From an uncultured Collinsella sp. (lineage in GTDB: Bacteria; Actinomycetota; Coriobacteriia; Coriobacteriales; Coriobacteriaceae): 64,000 nt of DNA. A program made the position numbers and the translations under genes. The stretch is from positions 17,684-81,683 of the forward strand of contig UQSC01000001.1 of the NCBI GenBank assembly GCA_900543615.1, written 5' to 3'. The notes below the pieces were generated by a model, which saw only the letters and a list, made by a program, of their open reading frames with translations, was not told the DNA's origin and did not search any database. This document shows, piece after piece, positions 1-9,779 of this stretch (the first letter of the stretch is position 1; each line of letters starts with the position of its first letter).

Positions 1-237
1 AGCGACGGGGCCGGCGAGGATCTCGTCGAGCTCGGGCTGCTCCTGGTTCTTGAGAGCGATCTTGACCAGGTTGTTCTTGTAGACCTTCATCTCGGCGCCG
101 CACTCGCGAAGCTGATGACGCAGCTCCTGAGCCTGCTTAACCGTCAGACCGTTGTAGTTGACGACGAACAGACCGGCGTTCTCGGCGATACGGGACTCGA
201 TCTCTGCAACCTTGTCGATTTTGTACTGCTGGGGCAT
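1..237 (-). CDS. rplJ: 50S ribosomal protein L10 (5' part; runs off window start)
   Basis: Manual translation from ATG at 237: MPQQYKIDKVAEIESRIAENAGLFVVNYNGLTVKQAQELRHQLRECGAEMKVYKNNLVKIAL, with the L10 GLTV..LR and VYKN.L motifs; GGAGG RBS upstream. Confidence 0.95.
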   Translation of the reverse strand, partial: MPQQYKIDKVAEIESRIAENAGLFVVNYNGLTVKQAQELRHQLRECGAEMKVYKNNLVKIALKNQEQPELDEILAGPVA

Positions 238-302
238 GAATTACACCTCCTCGAATTCTTTCCGGGCACGGTCCGCCACAAGGACGTGACGGGGGCATGT
301 CC

Positions 303-428
303 AAAAAGAAAGCCCCCGCGCTGCATGAGCGACGGGGGCGAGAAGACATATCTACTCGACCACCTCGGCTGGCGGGATATCCCATTAAGCTCGCGGGCAA
401 TGCCCGTTTGCGCCGGCTGTCTCTGGCA
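303..428 (-). promoter_or_regulatory. L10 leader RNA with attenuator terminator
   Basis: Minus strand AGAGACAGCCGG...CTTAA...CAGCCGAGG, then a GC hairpin plus U-tract (CCCCCG...CGGGGGCTTTCTTTTT) directly upstream of rplJ; resembles the L10_leader family. Confidence 0.75.
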
Positions 429-470
429 GCGGATTCGTGCGTGAACCGAAAGTATTATGGCGGGGACCCC

Positions 471-692
471 GGCGTCGGTCAACGGAAAACCGGGCTGTAC
501 ACAATTCCACCATCCGGCACGCGCCGCCGAAGGCCAGGCGCAAGGTTTTCGCTCGGTCAAGTCCTGGCTCGCACGAAGAGAACATTAAGTGCTCTTCGGC
601 TCGTGCGGAATCTACGAAAACCTTGCGCCTGGCCTTCGGCGGCGCGTGCCTGCGTTGACTTTGGGCAGCCCGGGTTTTCGTTGGCTGACGCC
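471..692. repeat. Long nested inverted repeat (~222-nt hairpin; REPIN/MITE-like)
   Basis: Perfect 36-bp arms at 516-551 and 615-650, imperfect outer arms at 471-497 and 666-692, and a short inner stem. Confidence 0.85.
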
Positions 693-742
693 CCCACTCA
701 TAGTGCTTGGGTCGGTGGGCTGATGTGTTGCGTCCCGTTGGG

Positions 743-1879
743 CTACAAGGTTGAAATGAAGGTGGACAGGCGGTGGAGGCCTTCGTCCAGATCTTGGTCG
801 GAAACGCAATAGCTGAGACGGACGTGGCCTTCGGTGCCGAAGCAGTCTCCGGGAACTAGGGCTACGTTGGCCTCTTTGATGGCTTTGATGCAGAAGCCCT
901 CGCTGGTTAGGCCGAATTGTTTGATGCTCGGGAAGGTATAGAAGGCTCCTGCGGGCTCTACCACGTCGAGGCCCATGGCGTTTAAGGCTTCGAGTACGCG
1001 CTCGCGGCGGGCTCGGTAGACTTTGAGCATGGGGGTTGGGTCGACGGTGAGGGCTCGGGCTGCGGCGTCCATCTCGAAGGAGACAGCACTCGATACTAAG
1101 TATTGGTGGGCCTTTGCGATCTCGGCGATGACGGGGGTTGCCGCTGCGAGCCAGCCCAGGCGCCAGCCGGTCATAGCCCAGGGCTTGGAGAAGCTCTCGA
1201 TGACTACCGTCTGCTCACGCAGTTCCGGGTGGCGCTGGGCAAAGCGCTCGTAGCCATCCACGTAGACTAGGCGGTTATATACGTCGTCGCAGATTACGTA
1301 GATGCCCGCCTGCTCCGCTACGCGCGCCACGGCGTCGAGCGATGCCGCGTCGAGGATGCAGCCCGTAGGATTGTTGGGCGTGCAGATGACGATGGCCTTG
1401 GTCGCCGGCGTCACGCAAGCACGAAGCGCATCCTCGTCAATCTGAAATTGCGCAGGCTCCGTATCCAAAAAGACTGCTTTGGCGTGGTTGGCCACGACGA
1501 TGCTCTCGTACAGGCCAAAGGCCGGCGTGGGAATAATGACCTCATCGCCGGGGTTGAGCATGGCCATGAATGTTGCCGACAGGGCCTCGGTCGCGCCGTC
1601 GGTCAGGATGACCTCGTCGGCGGAAAACGCCAGGCCCGCGTCATCCATATATTTGGACAGTGCATCACGCAGGGCGGGGCGACCGTTGTTGGGCGGATAG
1701 TGCGTGTCACCACGGTCCAGTGCGGCGGTCACCTCGGCGCTAATCACATCGGGCGTGGGAAAATCGGGCTCGCCAAGCGCAAGCGCGATACACCCCGGGT
1801 GCTGGGCGGCGAGCGCGTTGATCCGGCGGATACCGGAGGGCTTGAGTGTGGCAAGCGAGGTATTCATGGGCAGACGCAT
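743..1879 (-). CDS. PLP-dependent aminotransferase class I/II
   Basis: GEPDF, PNNPTG, DDVY and SFSKPWAMTGWRLG motifs. Confidence 0.93.
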   Translation of the reverse strand: MRLPMNTSLATLKPSGIRRINALAAQHPGCIALALGEPDFPTPDVISAEVTAALDRGDTHYPPNNGRPALRDALSKYMDDAGLAFSADEVILTDGATEALSATFMAMLNPGDEVIIPTPAFGLYESIVVANHAKAVFLDTEPAQFQIDEDALRACVTPATKAIVICTPNNPTGCILDAASLDAVARVAEQAGIYVICDDVYNRLVYVDGYERFAQRHPELREQTVVIESFSKPWAMTGWRLGWLAAATPVIAEIAKAHQYLVSSAVSFEMDAAARALTVDPTPMLKVYRARRERVLEALNAMGLDVVEPAGAFYTFPSIKQFGLTSEGFCIKAIKEANVALVPGDCFGTEGHVRLSYCVSDQDLDEGLHRLSTFISTL

Positions 1880-1972
1880 GGCGTTCCTTTCGTAAGGGTT
1901 GCACTAGGATAGCGCGGCGGGGCGCCACCAGACGGTGTAACCTAAACGGAAACGAGCCGGAAAGGAGGCGGC

Positions 1973-2629
1973 ATGGAGACGACCGCGCGTCGCGACGCAC
2001 CAAAAACACTGCAAACCATTGCGTATATCAGTATTCCCAATAGCGCCGATCTTGATTTTTTGCTCTGGGACCTGCAGGATGCCATCGCCGCCTATGCCCG
2101 GCTTTCCGGCACCGCACTCCCCCGCCCGGTCGACTTGAAGGCAAATGACGCCGGCAGCGTTGCCGATGGCATCGTGCTAGCCATTGAAGATGTGGCTGAC
2201 GATGAGACGTTGACAGCCATCGAGCAGACGCTTGAGCGCTTTGGCAGTACGGGAACGCGTGTCTATGCCGTGATTCGAGCCGCACAACAGGACGCTGAGC
2301 AGGCGCGTGGGACCGCCGTTCGCTTGCACAAGGCATGTGAGCGCCATGACCAATTGTGGTGTGGCGGCGTTGCAATCTACGGCGGCAGCGGCATTGCGGC
2401 GCTTCGTCGCTCCCCGCGCATGGGACTCTTGCGGCGACCGTTTTCGGAGGCCATGGACAAGCTCGTGGGCGCCGTTCGCATGGGATGTTCCGTCGAACAC
2501 GCGCAAAAGCTCGGTGGTGCCGCAACGGGTGGCGTCGACACCGACGGCATGGTGCGCGCCACGTCTGCACTGCCCACACCGATCTGGCACGCCGTTATGA
2601 GGCATCTTGCCGAGCACTCAAACTGCTAA
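1973..2629 (+). CDS. Hypothetical protein, degenerate flavodoxin-like fold
   Basis: Strong RBS (GGAAAGGAGG); DGIVLA..., VYAVI and WCGGVAIYGGSG segments resemble flavodoxin-fold hypothetical proteins. Confidence 0.6.
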   Translation: METTARRDAPKTLQTIAYISIPNSADLDFLLWDLQDAIAAYARLSGTALPRPVDLKANDAGSVADGIVLAIEDVADDETLTAIEQTLERFGSTGTRVYAVIRAAQQDAEQARGTAVRLHKACERHDQLWCGGVAIYGGSGIAALRRSPRMGLLRRPFSEAMDKLVGAVRMGCSVEHAQKLGGAATGGVDTDGMVRATSALPTPIWHAVMRHLAEHSNC

Positions 2630-3195
2630 ATCGAAAAAGCCTGCCAATCAACGGCTTCACTCCAGCGCTCGACAAGGCGTTCCAGACGCCACGCCGCATT
2701 GGCGGGACTTGTCGACGGCAGAACGATGGCCGGCAGCCCGGTGCGCTCTTGTAGATAGCGCTTGTAGAGCCGGCCAGCTGTACCACCGTTGCATATCACC
2801 TGCTCAATGGGAGCTGCGCCGGTAATGCGCTCGATATGTGCCGGCACAACGTTACGAATGCTCGCATCGCTCGAGCCCTTAATGTCGCAGCTCTCGATCA
2901 CGTCCCACAGGGCCACGCCGCCGTTCAGCAGCATAGCCCGCTTGGCGGCAATCGAGGCGTCAAGCGTCACGGGCTCGCCGCTCGCCAAAGAGTCTCCCTC
3001 GTTGGGCGGCACGGGCGCACCAAGGCACGCGGCCATCACGCGCCAAAAGCGGTTCTGCGGATTGCCATAGTAGAAGGCATTGGCACGCGAGAGCACCGAG
3101 GGAAACGACCCCAGCACCAAAACGCGCGAGCGCTCGTCAAACATGGGCTCAAACCCATGCTCAATATGTTGATAGCCCTCGTCAGATACGGCCAT
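2626..3195 (-). CDS. Hypoxanthine (deoxyinosine)-DNA glycosylase, UDG superfamily
   Basis: LGSFPS, YYGNPQNRFW, SSDASI and LPSTSPANA motifs. Confidence 0.9.
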   Translation of the reverse strand: MAVSDEGYQHIEHGFEPMFDERSRVLVLGSFPSVLSRANAFYYGNPQNRFWRVMAACLGAPVPPNEGDSLASGEPVTLDASIAAKRAMLLNGGVALWDVIESCDIKGSSDASIRNVVPAHIERITGAAPIEQVICNGGTAGRLYKRYLQERTGLPAIVLPSTSPANAAWRLERLVERWSEAVDWQAFSI

Positions 3196-3198
3196 GGG

Positions 3199-4575
3199 CT
3201 AGGCTCTCAACAGATAGCGCACCTCGTAGGGTGCAAGCTCAAGGGTACCCGTCAGCTCGACCGTGGGCGCATCGTCGGCAAGCAGGTCGACGAAGGACCC
3301 GTTGAGCTCGCCGGCGCCAAAGGTGTAAGGCTCACCCACGGCATTCACCGCCACGAGTACCGTCGCGCCGTCACAGGCGCGCTCGAACAGCAGCTGCTTG
3401 TTCTGGATCAACACGTTGCGATAGGCACCGTAGTTGAGAGCACGGGCAGCCGCGTCGTCGGCCGAGCGAAGGTGCGCAAGCTGCGTGATGAACGCCGTCA
3501 GCTCGTTGGGCGCAGGCTCATTGAGCGCAGGTCGCAGCGCCCAGTCGCCATCGGGGCCACCCTTTTCGCCGGCAATTCCCCACTCGCTGCCATAGTAGAC
3601 GCACGGGATGCCCGGCATGCCAAAGAGCATGCCGTAGGCGGGACGCAGACACGACTTGTCGGTGAGGATACTTGCCAGGCGCGGCACATCGTGGTTGTCG
3701 ACAAACGACAGCAGATGTTTGCCGCGGTAGATGCACCACGGATCGCCGCCAAACTGGCGGTGCAGCGAATGGGCGATCTCGAACATGTTGACCGAGTTAA
3801 AGCTGGAGTACAGGCCCTTGTAGCACTCGTAGTTGGTGCAGGAGTCGAGCATCTCGTCGTTGACGATTTGGTTGTAGTCGCCGTGGAGCGTCTCGCCGAT
3901 CAGCACAAAGTCGGGCTTGAGCTCACGGGTAAAGGCGTGCAGGCGGCGCATAAAGTCGCGGTCGAGCATATAGGCAACGTCCAGGCGCAGGCCGTCGACG
4001 CCAAAGACCTCGGCCCAGCGGCGCACGGACTCGAGCAGGTAATCGACCACAGCGGGATTTTGCAGGTTGAGCTTCACAAGCTCAAAATGGCCTTCCCAGC
4101 CCTCGTACCAAAAGCCATCGCCATAGCAGGAATCGCCGTCAAAGCTAATGTGGAACCAGTCCTTGTACGGCGAGTCCCACTTGCGCTCCTGCACATCGCG
4201 GAAGGCCCAAAAACCGCGGCCGACGTGGTTGAAGACGGCATCGAGCACCACGCGGATGCCATGGGCATGCAGCGTGTCGCATACGGCGGCAAAGTCGGCG
4301 TCCCCACCCAGGCGACGGTCGATATGGCGCAGGCTGCGTGTATCGTAGCTGTGGCTATCAGATTCGAGCGGTGGGTTGATGAGCACAGCGCCAACGCCGA
4401 GTTCCTGCATGTAGTCGGCCCATTGGGCGACCTTCATGATAGGAGCATCGGGGTTGGGCGCGGCGTTGGCAGCCTGGGCGAGCTCATCCTCGGCAACGGG
4501 CGCGGCGTTTTCGCGCGGAGCCCCGCAAAAGCCCAGCGGATAGATCTGATAGAACGTCGTCTCGTATGCCCACAT
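3199..4575 (-). CDS. GH13 alpha-amylase family (cyclomaltodextrinase-like) glycosidase
   Basis: DAVFNH, DGLRLDVA, GE and FVDNHD conserved GH13 regions. Confidence 0.92.
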   Translation of the reverse strand: MWAYETTFYQIYPLGFCGAPRENAAPVAEDELAQAANAAPNPDAPIMKVAQWADYMQELGVGAVLINPPLESDSHSYDTRSLRHIDRRLGGDADFAAVCDTLHAHGIRVVLDAVFNHVGRGFWAFRDVQERKWDSPYKDWFHISFDGDSCYGDGFWYEGWEGHFELVKLNLQNPAVVDYLLESVRRWAEVFGVDGLRLDVAYMLDRDFMRRLHAFTRELKPDFVLIGETLHGDYNQIVNDEMLDSCTNYECYKGLYSSFNSVNMFEIAHSLHRQFGGDPWCIYRGKHLLSFVDNHDVPRLASILTDKSCLRPAYGMLFGMPGIPCVYYGSEWGIAGEKGGPDGDWALRPALNEPAPNELTAFITQLAHLRSADDAAARALNYGAYRNVLIQNKQLLFERACDGATVLVAVNAVGEPYTFGAGELNGSFVDLLADDAPTVELTGTLELAPYEVRYLLRA

Positions 4576-4646
4576 AACAGCCTCCCGGTAAGCTCAACAC
4601 AACGACATCCATTGTATGCCCAGCTTGTATCCTCTCCCCCAAAATA

Positions 4647-4713
4647 AGTTGCGGTGGAATAGGGACTGTTTGCCGGGTTTATTGGGCCCAGCAGTCCGTA
4701 TTTCACCGCAACT
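4647..4713. repeat. 67-bp palindromic element, copy 1
   Basis: AGTTGCGGTGGAATA-N37-TATTTCACCGCAACT; same arms at 8786 and 46218. Confidence 0.85.
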
Positions 4714-4729
4714 GATGAGGAGGATGTGG

Positions 4730-5926
4730 CTAGGCGACGGGCTTTGCGCGGCGTATGGCTGGGAACATCACCGTGATGGCGAGGATGACGCCCACGACGG
4801 CAATCGCCCCGCCCGCGAAGCCGATCCAAGCGATACCGGGACCCGAAACCACGGCGCCGCCGATTGCGGTGCCCGTGCCAATACCGAGGTTAAACAGGCC
4901 CGAGAAGATCGACATGGCGACGGCCGACGAATCTGCCGGCGTGTGCTTGATGAGCTCGGCCTGAAACGCCACGTTAAAGGCCGTGGCGCAGCAACCCCAC
5001 AGTGCGCAGACGGCAAGCACTGTCACGAGCGACGATGCGGCCGGCCCCATGAGCAGCAGGGCCACCGGCACGCCGGAGAGCGTGATAGCAAGGAACGGAA
5101 AACGGTGCCCGTCGAACAGGCGGCTGAACAGCCAGCTGCCCACCAAGCCGGAACAGCCAAACGCCGTCAGCGTCATGGTGATGGCGCCCGCATCGACGTG
5201 CGCGACCTGCGCCAGGAAGGGCTCGATATAGCTGTAGCTTGCGTAATAGCCGGTCGCCATGAAGACCGTGACTGCGTAGAGCGCGATGAGGAGCGGGTTC
5301 TTGAGCAGCTCGGGCAGCTGTTTGACGGTAAAGCGCTCACCCGCCGGCATGGCCGGGAACACCGCTGTCTGGTAGACGACCGCGATGGCTGAGAGGCCCC
5401 CGACCACGGCAAACGTCATGCGCCAGCCCACGGCCAAGCCAATGGCGCGACCGAGAGGCAGGCCAAAGATCTGCGCGATGGACGAGCCCGTGGCGATCAT
5501 GCTGATGGCGAGCGCGCCGTGGCGAGTGTCGACCAGGCGCGAGGCCATAATCGAGGCGACTGACCAGAACACGGCATGTGCGCAAGCGACCACCAGGCGC
5601 GCGCAGACCAGGATGGGATAGGTCGGCGCCACAGCGGACAGGAACTGACCGAGCGAGAACACGGCCAGCACGCCCAGCAGCATCCGCTTGAACTCAAAGC
5701 GCGAGGCGAACACCATGAGCGGCAGCGACAGCAGCATGACGCCCCAGGCATAAACCGAGATCATGATGCCCGCCTGGGCCTCGGTGAGCGAGAACGATGC
5801 GGCGATATCAGTCAGAAGGCCGATGGGCATGAACTCCGACGTGTTGAACACGAACGCGCAGCAGGTGAGCCCGATGAGCGGGAGCCACTGCTTGAGCGTG
5901 ATACCGTCTTGCCTTGTCTGAGTCAT
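4730..5926 (-). CDS. MFS transporter (sugar-efflux SotB/DHA1-like)
   Basis: About 12 hydrophobic segments; FNTSEFMPIGLL N-terminal motif; start placed at MTQTRQ (ATG 5926). Confidence 0.88.
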   Translation of the reverse strand: MTQTRQDGITLKQWLPLIGLTCCAFVFNTSEFMPIGLLTDIAASFSLTEAQAGIMISVYAWGVMLLSLPLMVFASRFEFKRMLLGVLAVFSLGQFLSAVAPTYPILVCARLVVACAHAVFWSVASIMASRLVDTRHGALAISMIATGSSIAQIFGLPLGRAIGLAVGWRMTFAVVGGLSAIAVVYQTAVFPAMPAGERFTVKQLPELLKNPLLIALYAVTVFMATGYYASYSYIEPFLAQVAHVDAGAITMTLTAFGCSGLVGSWLFSRLFDGHRFPFLAITLSGVPVALLLMGPAASSLVTVLAVCALWGCCATAFNVAFQAELIKHTPADSSAVAMSIFSGLFNLGIGTGTAIGGAVVSGPGIAWIGFAGGAIAVVGVILAITVMFPAIRRAKPVA

Positions 5927-6046
5927 ATATAACGTCTCCAATCGTTTTGAGCGGAGGCGATTATATAGCAACGGCCCCGCATCCGTCAGTACAGATGCGG
6001 GGCCGAAAACAATTCGATACACAGAGGTTGCGCCGTCAATTCATAA

Positions 6047-8407
6047 CTAAGCCAACCCCAGCAATATGCCCGCCGAATGCACGACAAACGCCACGATCCA
6101 GGCGACCGTCACTTGAAACGCGAACACGGCAACGGCGTAGCGCGCGCCCAGCTCGCTCTTGACGGCGCCGATGGCTGCCACACAGGGCGGGTACAGCAGC
6201 GTAAAGACCAGGAACACATAGGCAGTGAACGGCGAAAACATGGTCGACAGTGCCGCGGGCGAGGTCGCGCCCAAAAGCACCGTGAGGGTCGAGATGACAC
6301 TCTCCTTGGCGATAAGTCCGGTGACGAGCGCCGTGGATGCACGCCAGTCGCCAAACCCAAGCGGCGTCAGCGCCGGCGCAATGATGCTGCCGAGACCCGC
6401 AAGCAGACTCTGCGACTGATCGGCGACCACATTAAAGCGGATGTCGAACGTCTGAAGGAACCAGATGACCACGGTAGCGGCAAAGATAATGGTAAAGGCC
6501 TTGGTAATAAAGTCTTTGGCCTTATCCCATGCCAGCATCACCGTCGTCTTGACGCTCGGCAGGCGGTAATTGGGCAGCTCCATGATAAACGGCACCGGGT
6601 CGCCCTTAAATGCCGTGCGGTTGAGTACCAAAGCCGCGATACAGCCAACCGCAATGCCGATCAGATAGAGCGAGACCATGGCGGGAACCGTCGCCTGTGG
6701 GAAAAACGCCCCGCACAGCAGACCATAGACCGGCAACTTGGCCGAGCAGCTCATGAACGGCGTGAGCATGACCGTCATCTTGCGGTCGTGCTCGGATGGG
6801 AGCGTACGGGTCGACATGATAGCCGGCACGGTGCAGCCAAACCCGACGAGCATGGGTACAAAGCTGCGGCCCGACAGGCCAAAACGACGCAGCACCTTAT
6901 CCATGACAAAGGCGACGCGCGCCATGTAGCCCGAGTCTTCCAGAATGGAGAGGAACAAGAAGAGCACGACGATAATCGGCAGGAAGGTCAGCACACTGCC
7001 CACGCCCGTAAGCACGCCGTCGACAGCCAGCGAGCGCACCACGTCGTTGGTGCCGAACGCCTTGAGGCCCGCATCGGCCGAGGCGATGATAGCGGCGATA
7101 CCGTCCTCCATGAGTCCCTGCAACGCCGCGCCGATCACGCCAAACGTCAGCCAAAAGACGAGGCCCATGATCACCAGGAACGCCGGAATGGCCGTGTAGC
7201 GACCCGTCAGGATGCGGTCGATCTTGACGGAGCGCACGTGCTCGTGGCTTTCGTGCGGTTTGACGACGCAGCGCCCGCACACGTCGCCGATAAAGCTAAA
7301 GCGCATATCGGCCAGCGCGGACAGGCGGTCGGTGCCGGCCTCGCCCTCCATCTGGGTAATGATGTGCTCGATAGCGTCGAGCTCGTTGCGATCCAGGTGA
7401 AGCGCCTCGGTCACCAGCTCGTCGCCCTCAACCAGCTTGGTCGCCGCAAAGCGCACCGGGATGTGCGCCGTCACGGCATGGTCCTCGATCAGGTTGGCAA
7501 TGCCGTGGATGCAGCGATGCAGTGCGCCGCCGTCCGATCCATCGGGCGCACAGAAGTCCAGGCGACCGGGGCGCTCGCGGAACCGCGCCACGTGCAAGGC
7601 ATGATCCACCAGCTCGCCGATACCCTCGTTGCGGGCAGCGCTAATGGGAACAACAGGCACGCCCAACAGGCTCTCGAGCAGATTGACGTCCACGGCGCCG
7701 CCGTTGGCCGTCACCTCGTCCATCATGTTGAGCGCGATGACCATAGGACGGTCGAGCTCCATGAGCTGCAGTGTCAGGTACAGATTACGCTCGATGTTGG
7801 TAGCGTCAATGATGTCGATGATGGCATCCGGACGCTCGTCGAGGATGAACTGACGGCTCACGACCTCCTCGCCTGTGTACGGCGACAGGGAGTAAATGCC
7901 AGGCAGGTCGGTAACGCTCGCCTCGGGATGGTTACGGATGGTGCCATCTTTGCGGTCGACCGTCACGCCGGGAAAGTTACCGACGTGCTGGTTGGAGCCC
8001 GTCAGCTGGTTGAATAACGTGGTCTTGCCGCAGTTTTGGTTGCCGGCGAGGGCAAAATGCAGCGGTGCGCCCTCGGGCACGGCCGTTTTTGCCGCACGGG
8101 GCGAATACATCCCCTCGCCGAGTGCCGGATGCTCCGTCGTTCCGATTGCGGCGTTGGCGCGCGGACCGGTATCGGTGTCGTGCACATCCACGAGCTCAAT
8201 GCGTGCGGCATCATCCTTGCGCAGCGTCAACTCGTAGCCACGCAGGCGAATCTCGAGCGGGTCGCCCATGGGGGCGTACTTCATCATGGTGACTTCGGTG
8301 CCCGGCGTTAGGCCCATGTCCAAAATATGCTGTCGGAGTGCCTGGTCGTCCGATGCCACCGATGCGACAACGGCGTCCTTTCCAATCTCGAGCGTATCGA
8401 GCTTCAC
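6047..8407 (-). CDS. feoB: Ferrous iron transporter, FeoA-FeoB fusion
   Basis: N-terminal FeoA (LDMGLTPG...APMGDP), GTPase motifs GNQNCGKT, GNFPGVT and DLPG, then the FeoB membrane domain; GTG start with GAGGA RBS. Confidence 0.95.
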   Translation of the reverse strand: MKLDTLEIGKDAVVASVASDDQALRQHILDMGLTPGTEVTMMKYAPMGDPLEIRLRGYELTLRKDDAARIELVDVHDTDTGPRANAAIGTTEHPALGEGMYSPRAAKTAVPEGAPLHFALAGNQNCGKTTLFNQLTGSNQHVGNFPGVTVDRKDGTIRNHPEASVTDLPGIYSLSPYTGEEVVSRQFILDERPDAIIDIIDATNIERNLYLTLQLMELDRPMVIALNMMDEVTANGGAVDVNLLESLLGVPVVPISAARNEGIGELVDHALHVARFRERPGRLDFCAPDGSDGGALHRCIHGIANLIEDHAVTAHIPVRFAATKLVEGDELVTEALHLDRNELDAIEHIITQMEGEAGTDRLSALADMRFSFIGDVCGRCVVKPHESHEHVRSVKIDRILTGRYTAIPAFLVIMGLVFWLTFGVIGAALQGLMEDGIAAIIASADAGLKAFGTNDVVRSLAVDGVLTGVGSVLTFLPIIVVLFLFLSILEDSGYMARVAFVMDKVLRRFGLSGRSFVPMLVGFGCTVPAIMSTRTLPSEHDRKMTVMLTPFMSCSAKLPVYGLLCGAFFPQATVPAMVSLYLIGIAVGCIAALVLNRTAFKGDPVPFIMELPNYRLPSVKTTVMLAWDKAKDFITKAFTIIFAATVVIWFLQTFDIRFNVVADQSQSLLAGLGSIIAPALTPLGFGDWRASTALVTGLIAKESVISTLTVLLGATSPAALSTMFSPFTAYVFLVFTLLYPPCVAAIGAVKSELGARYAVAVFAFQVTVAWIVAFVVHSAGILLGLA

Positions 8408-8449
8408 GTCCGTGTTCCTCCCCCGGCGCCCACAGGGCGTTGCATTTAT

Positions 8450-8482
8450 GTTCACCTTGGCTAACCGTTTGCCACGGCTAAC
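8450..8482 (-). promoter_or_regulatory. Tandem putative metal-regulator (DtxR-like) operator boxes
   Basis: Minus strand GTTAGCCGTGGCAAAC and GTTAGCCAAGGTGAAC, 17-bp period, about 40 bp upstream of feoB. Confidence 0.6.
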
Positions 8483-8565
8483 CAATTTAACCATGCATGA
8501 TAGCGCGAACACACAACGATGTTCAATCAGCAAATTGGCGCAATGGGGACAGGCAGGAGAGTTCA

Positions 8566-8766
8566 GGGCCATAGTTTCCCGATGAGGCCTCTCGGGGAAA
8601 CTACATCCCAGAATTCCGGCTCGAAACGGGATATGGTTTCCCAAACAGGCCTCTTACGGAAAATGCATCCCGGAATCCCCGCTCGAAACGGGACGCGCTT
8701 TCCCAGTCGAGGCCCTATGGGAAACTGCGTCCCACCTTGAAAGGCAAAACTGGGGCGCAGTTTCCG
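8566..8766. repeat. Array of alternating 15-bp inverted repeats, 62-bp period
   Basis: GGGNNRYRGTTTCCC-like units at 8566/8628/8690/8752 and reverse-complement units at 8595/8657/8719. Confidence 0.85.
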
Positions 8767-8785
8767 GACGGGGCATCAAAAACGA

Positions 8786-8852
8786 AGTTGCGGTGGAATA
8801 GTTCCTGGATGGGCTGGTTGATGCCCCAGATAGGAACTATTTCACCGCAAGT
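8786..8852. repeat. 67-bp palindromic element, copy 2
   Basis: AGTTGCGGTGGAATA-N37-TATTTCACCGCAAGT. Confidence 0.85.
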
Positions 8853-8879
8853 TATTGAAGGGCTTGGATGCCGGGACTC

Positions 8880-9779
8880 TTACAGATGGCGCTCGAGGAA
8901 GCGGAAGGCCAGGCGGATCCAGGGACGGACGGAAACCTGCTTGTCCTCGTTGTCGACCGCGGTGTTGGCGTTGCCGAGCGAAAGGCCATGACCACCCTGG
9001 TCGAAGACGTGCATCTCGCATGCAACGCCCTCCTCGGCCATGCGCTGCGCAAACGGGTAGACCTGCGCGATCGGCGCCGTCTTGTCGTCGGACACGCCCC
9101 ACACAAAGGTCGGTGGCATCTGACGCGAAACATGCGTGGTGGGGCAGATGTCGGCCAGATGCTCGTCAGTTGCCTCGCCGCCCGTCACCATCGACAGGTA
9201 GTCGTTGAGCAAATCGCGCCCCGTCTTGCCGCCCGTCTTGGGCACACGCAAGTCAATGCGCGGATCGCGCGTCTGCATGTCGCGCACATAGGCAAAGTCG
9301 AGCAATGGATAGCCCAGCACCACGGCATCGGGACGAATGTCGTCCGGACGCGCCCCGGCAAGTGCCGCAAAGGGGCCGGTCTTCCACTGTGTTGCCAGCG
9401 AGGCGCAAATCATGCCGCCAGCAGAAAAGCCCACGACGCACACGCGCTTAGGATCGACATGCCACTCGTCGGCGTTGGCGCGCACCGTGGCGACCATCTT
9501 GGCAAGATCTGCCTGGGGGTGCGGAAAGCTCACGTCACCCGTAGAACTCGTGACATAGTTGAGCACAAAGGCCTGGTAGCCGCGATCCAAAAATGCAAAC
9601 GCCACCGGGTCCTGCTCGTGCGGAGCGATATGCGTAAACCCGCCTCCGCCGCAGATGATCACCGCGGGGCGGCGGCCATTCGGTTTATCGGGCAACGGCT
9701 CGGCACCCAAATACGTAAAGGTCGCCGGATATTCCTCGGTCGGCTCCTCGCCCCACAGCGCATGGTTCTCGACAATCAT
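8880..9779 (-). CDS. Alpha/beta hydrolase (acetylesterase/lipase-like)
   Basis: GGGF oxyanion motif, GFSAGG nucleophile elbow, and D..GGHGL triad region. Confidence 0.9.
   Translation of the reverse strand: MIVENHALWGEEPTEEYPATFTYLGAEPLPDKPNGRRPAVIICGGGGFTHIAPHEQDPVAFAFLDRGYQAFVLNYVTSSTGDVSFPHPQADLAKMVATVRANADEWHVDPKRVCVVGFSAGGMICASLATQWKTGPFAALAGARPDDIRPDAVVLGYPLLDFAYVRDMQTRDPRIDLRVPKTGGKTGRDLLNDYLSMVTGGEATDEHLADICPTTHVSRQMPPTFVWGVSDDKTAPIAQVYPFAQRMAEEGVACEMHVFDQGGHGLSLGNANTAVDNEDKQVSVRPWIRLAFRFLERHL

Noticed and set aside
4647..4713. Integron attC site interpretation of the 67-bp element
   Set aside because: The ends do not fit RYYYAAC...GTTRRRY and no integron integrase is present; kept only as a structural analogy.
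8408..8644. 79-aa N-terminal extension of FeoB
   Set aside because: It overlaps the operator boxes and repeat array; the GTG at 8407 has an RBS and starts the FeoA domain.
8566..8766. Possible CRISPR array
   Set aside because: Units alternate in orientation, are degenerate and only 15 bp long, spacers are short and related to each other, and there are no cas genes in the window.
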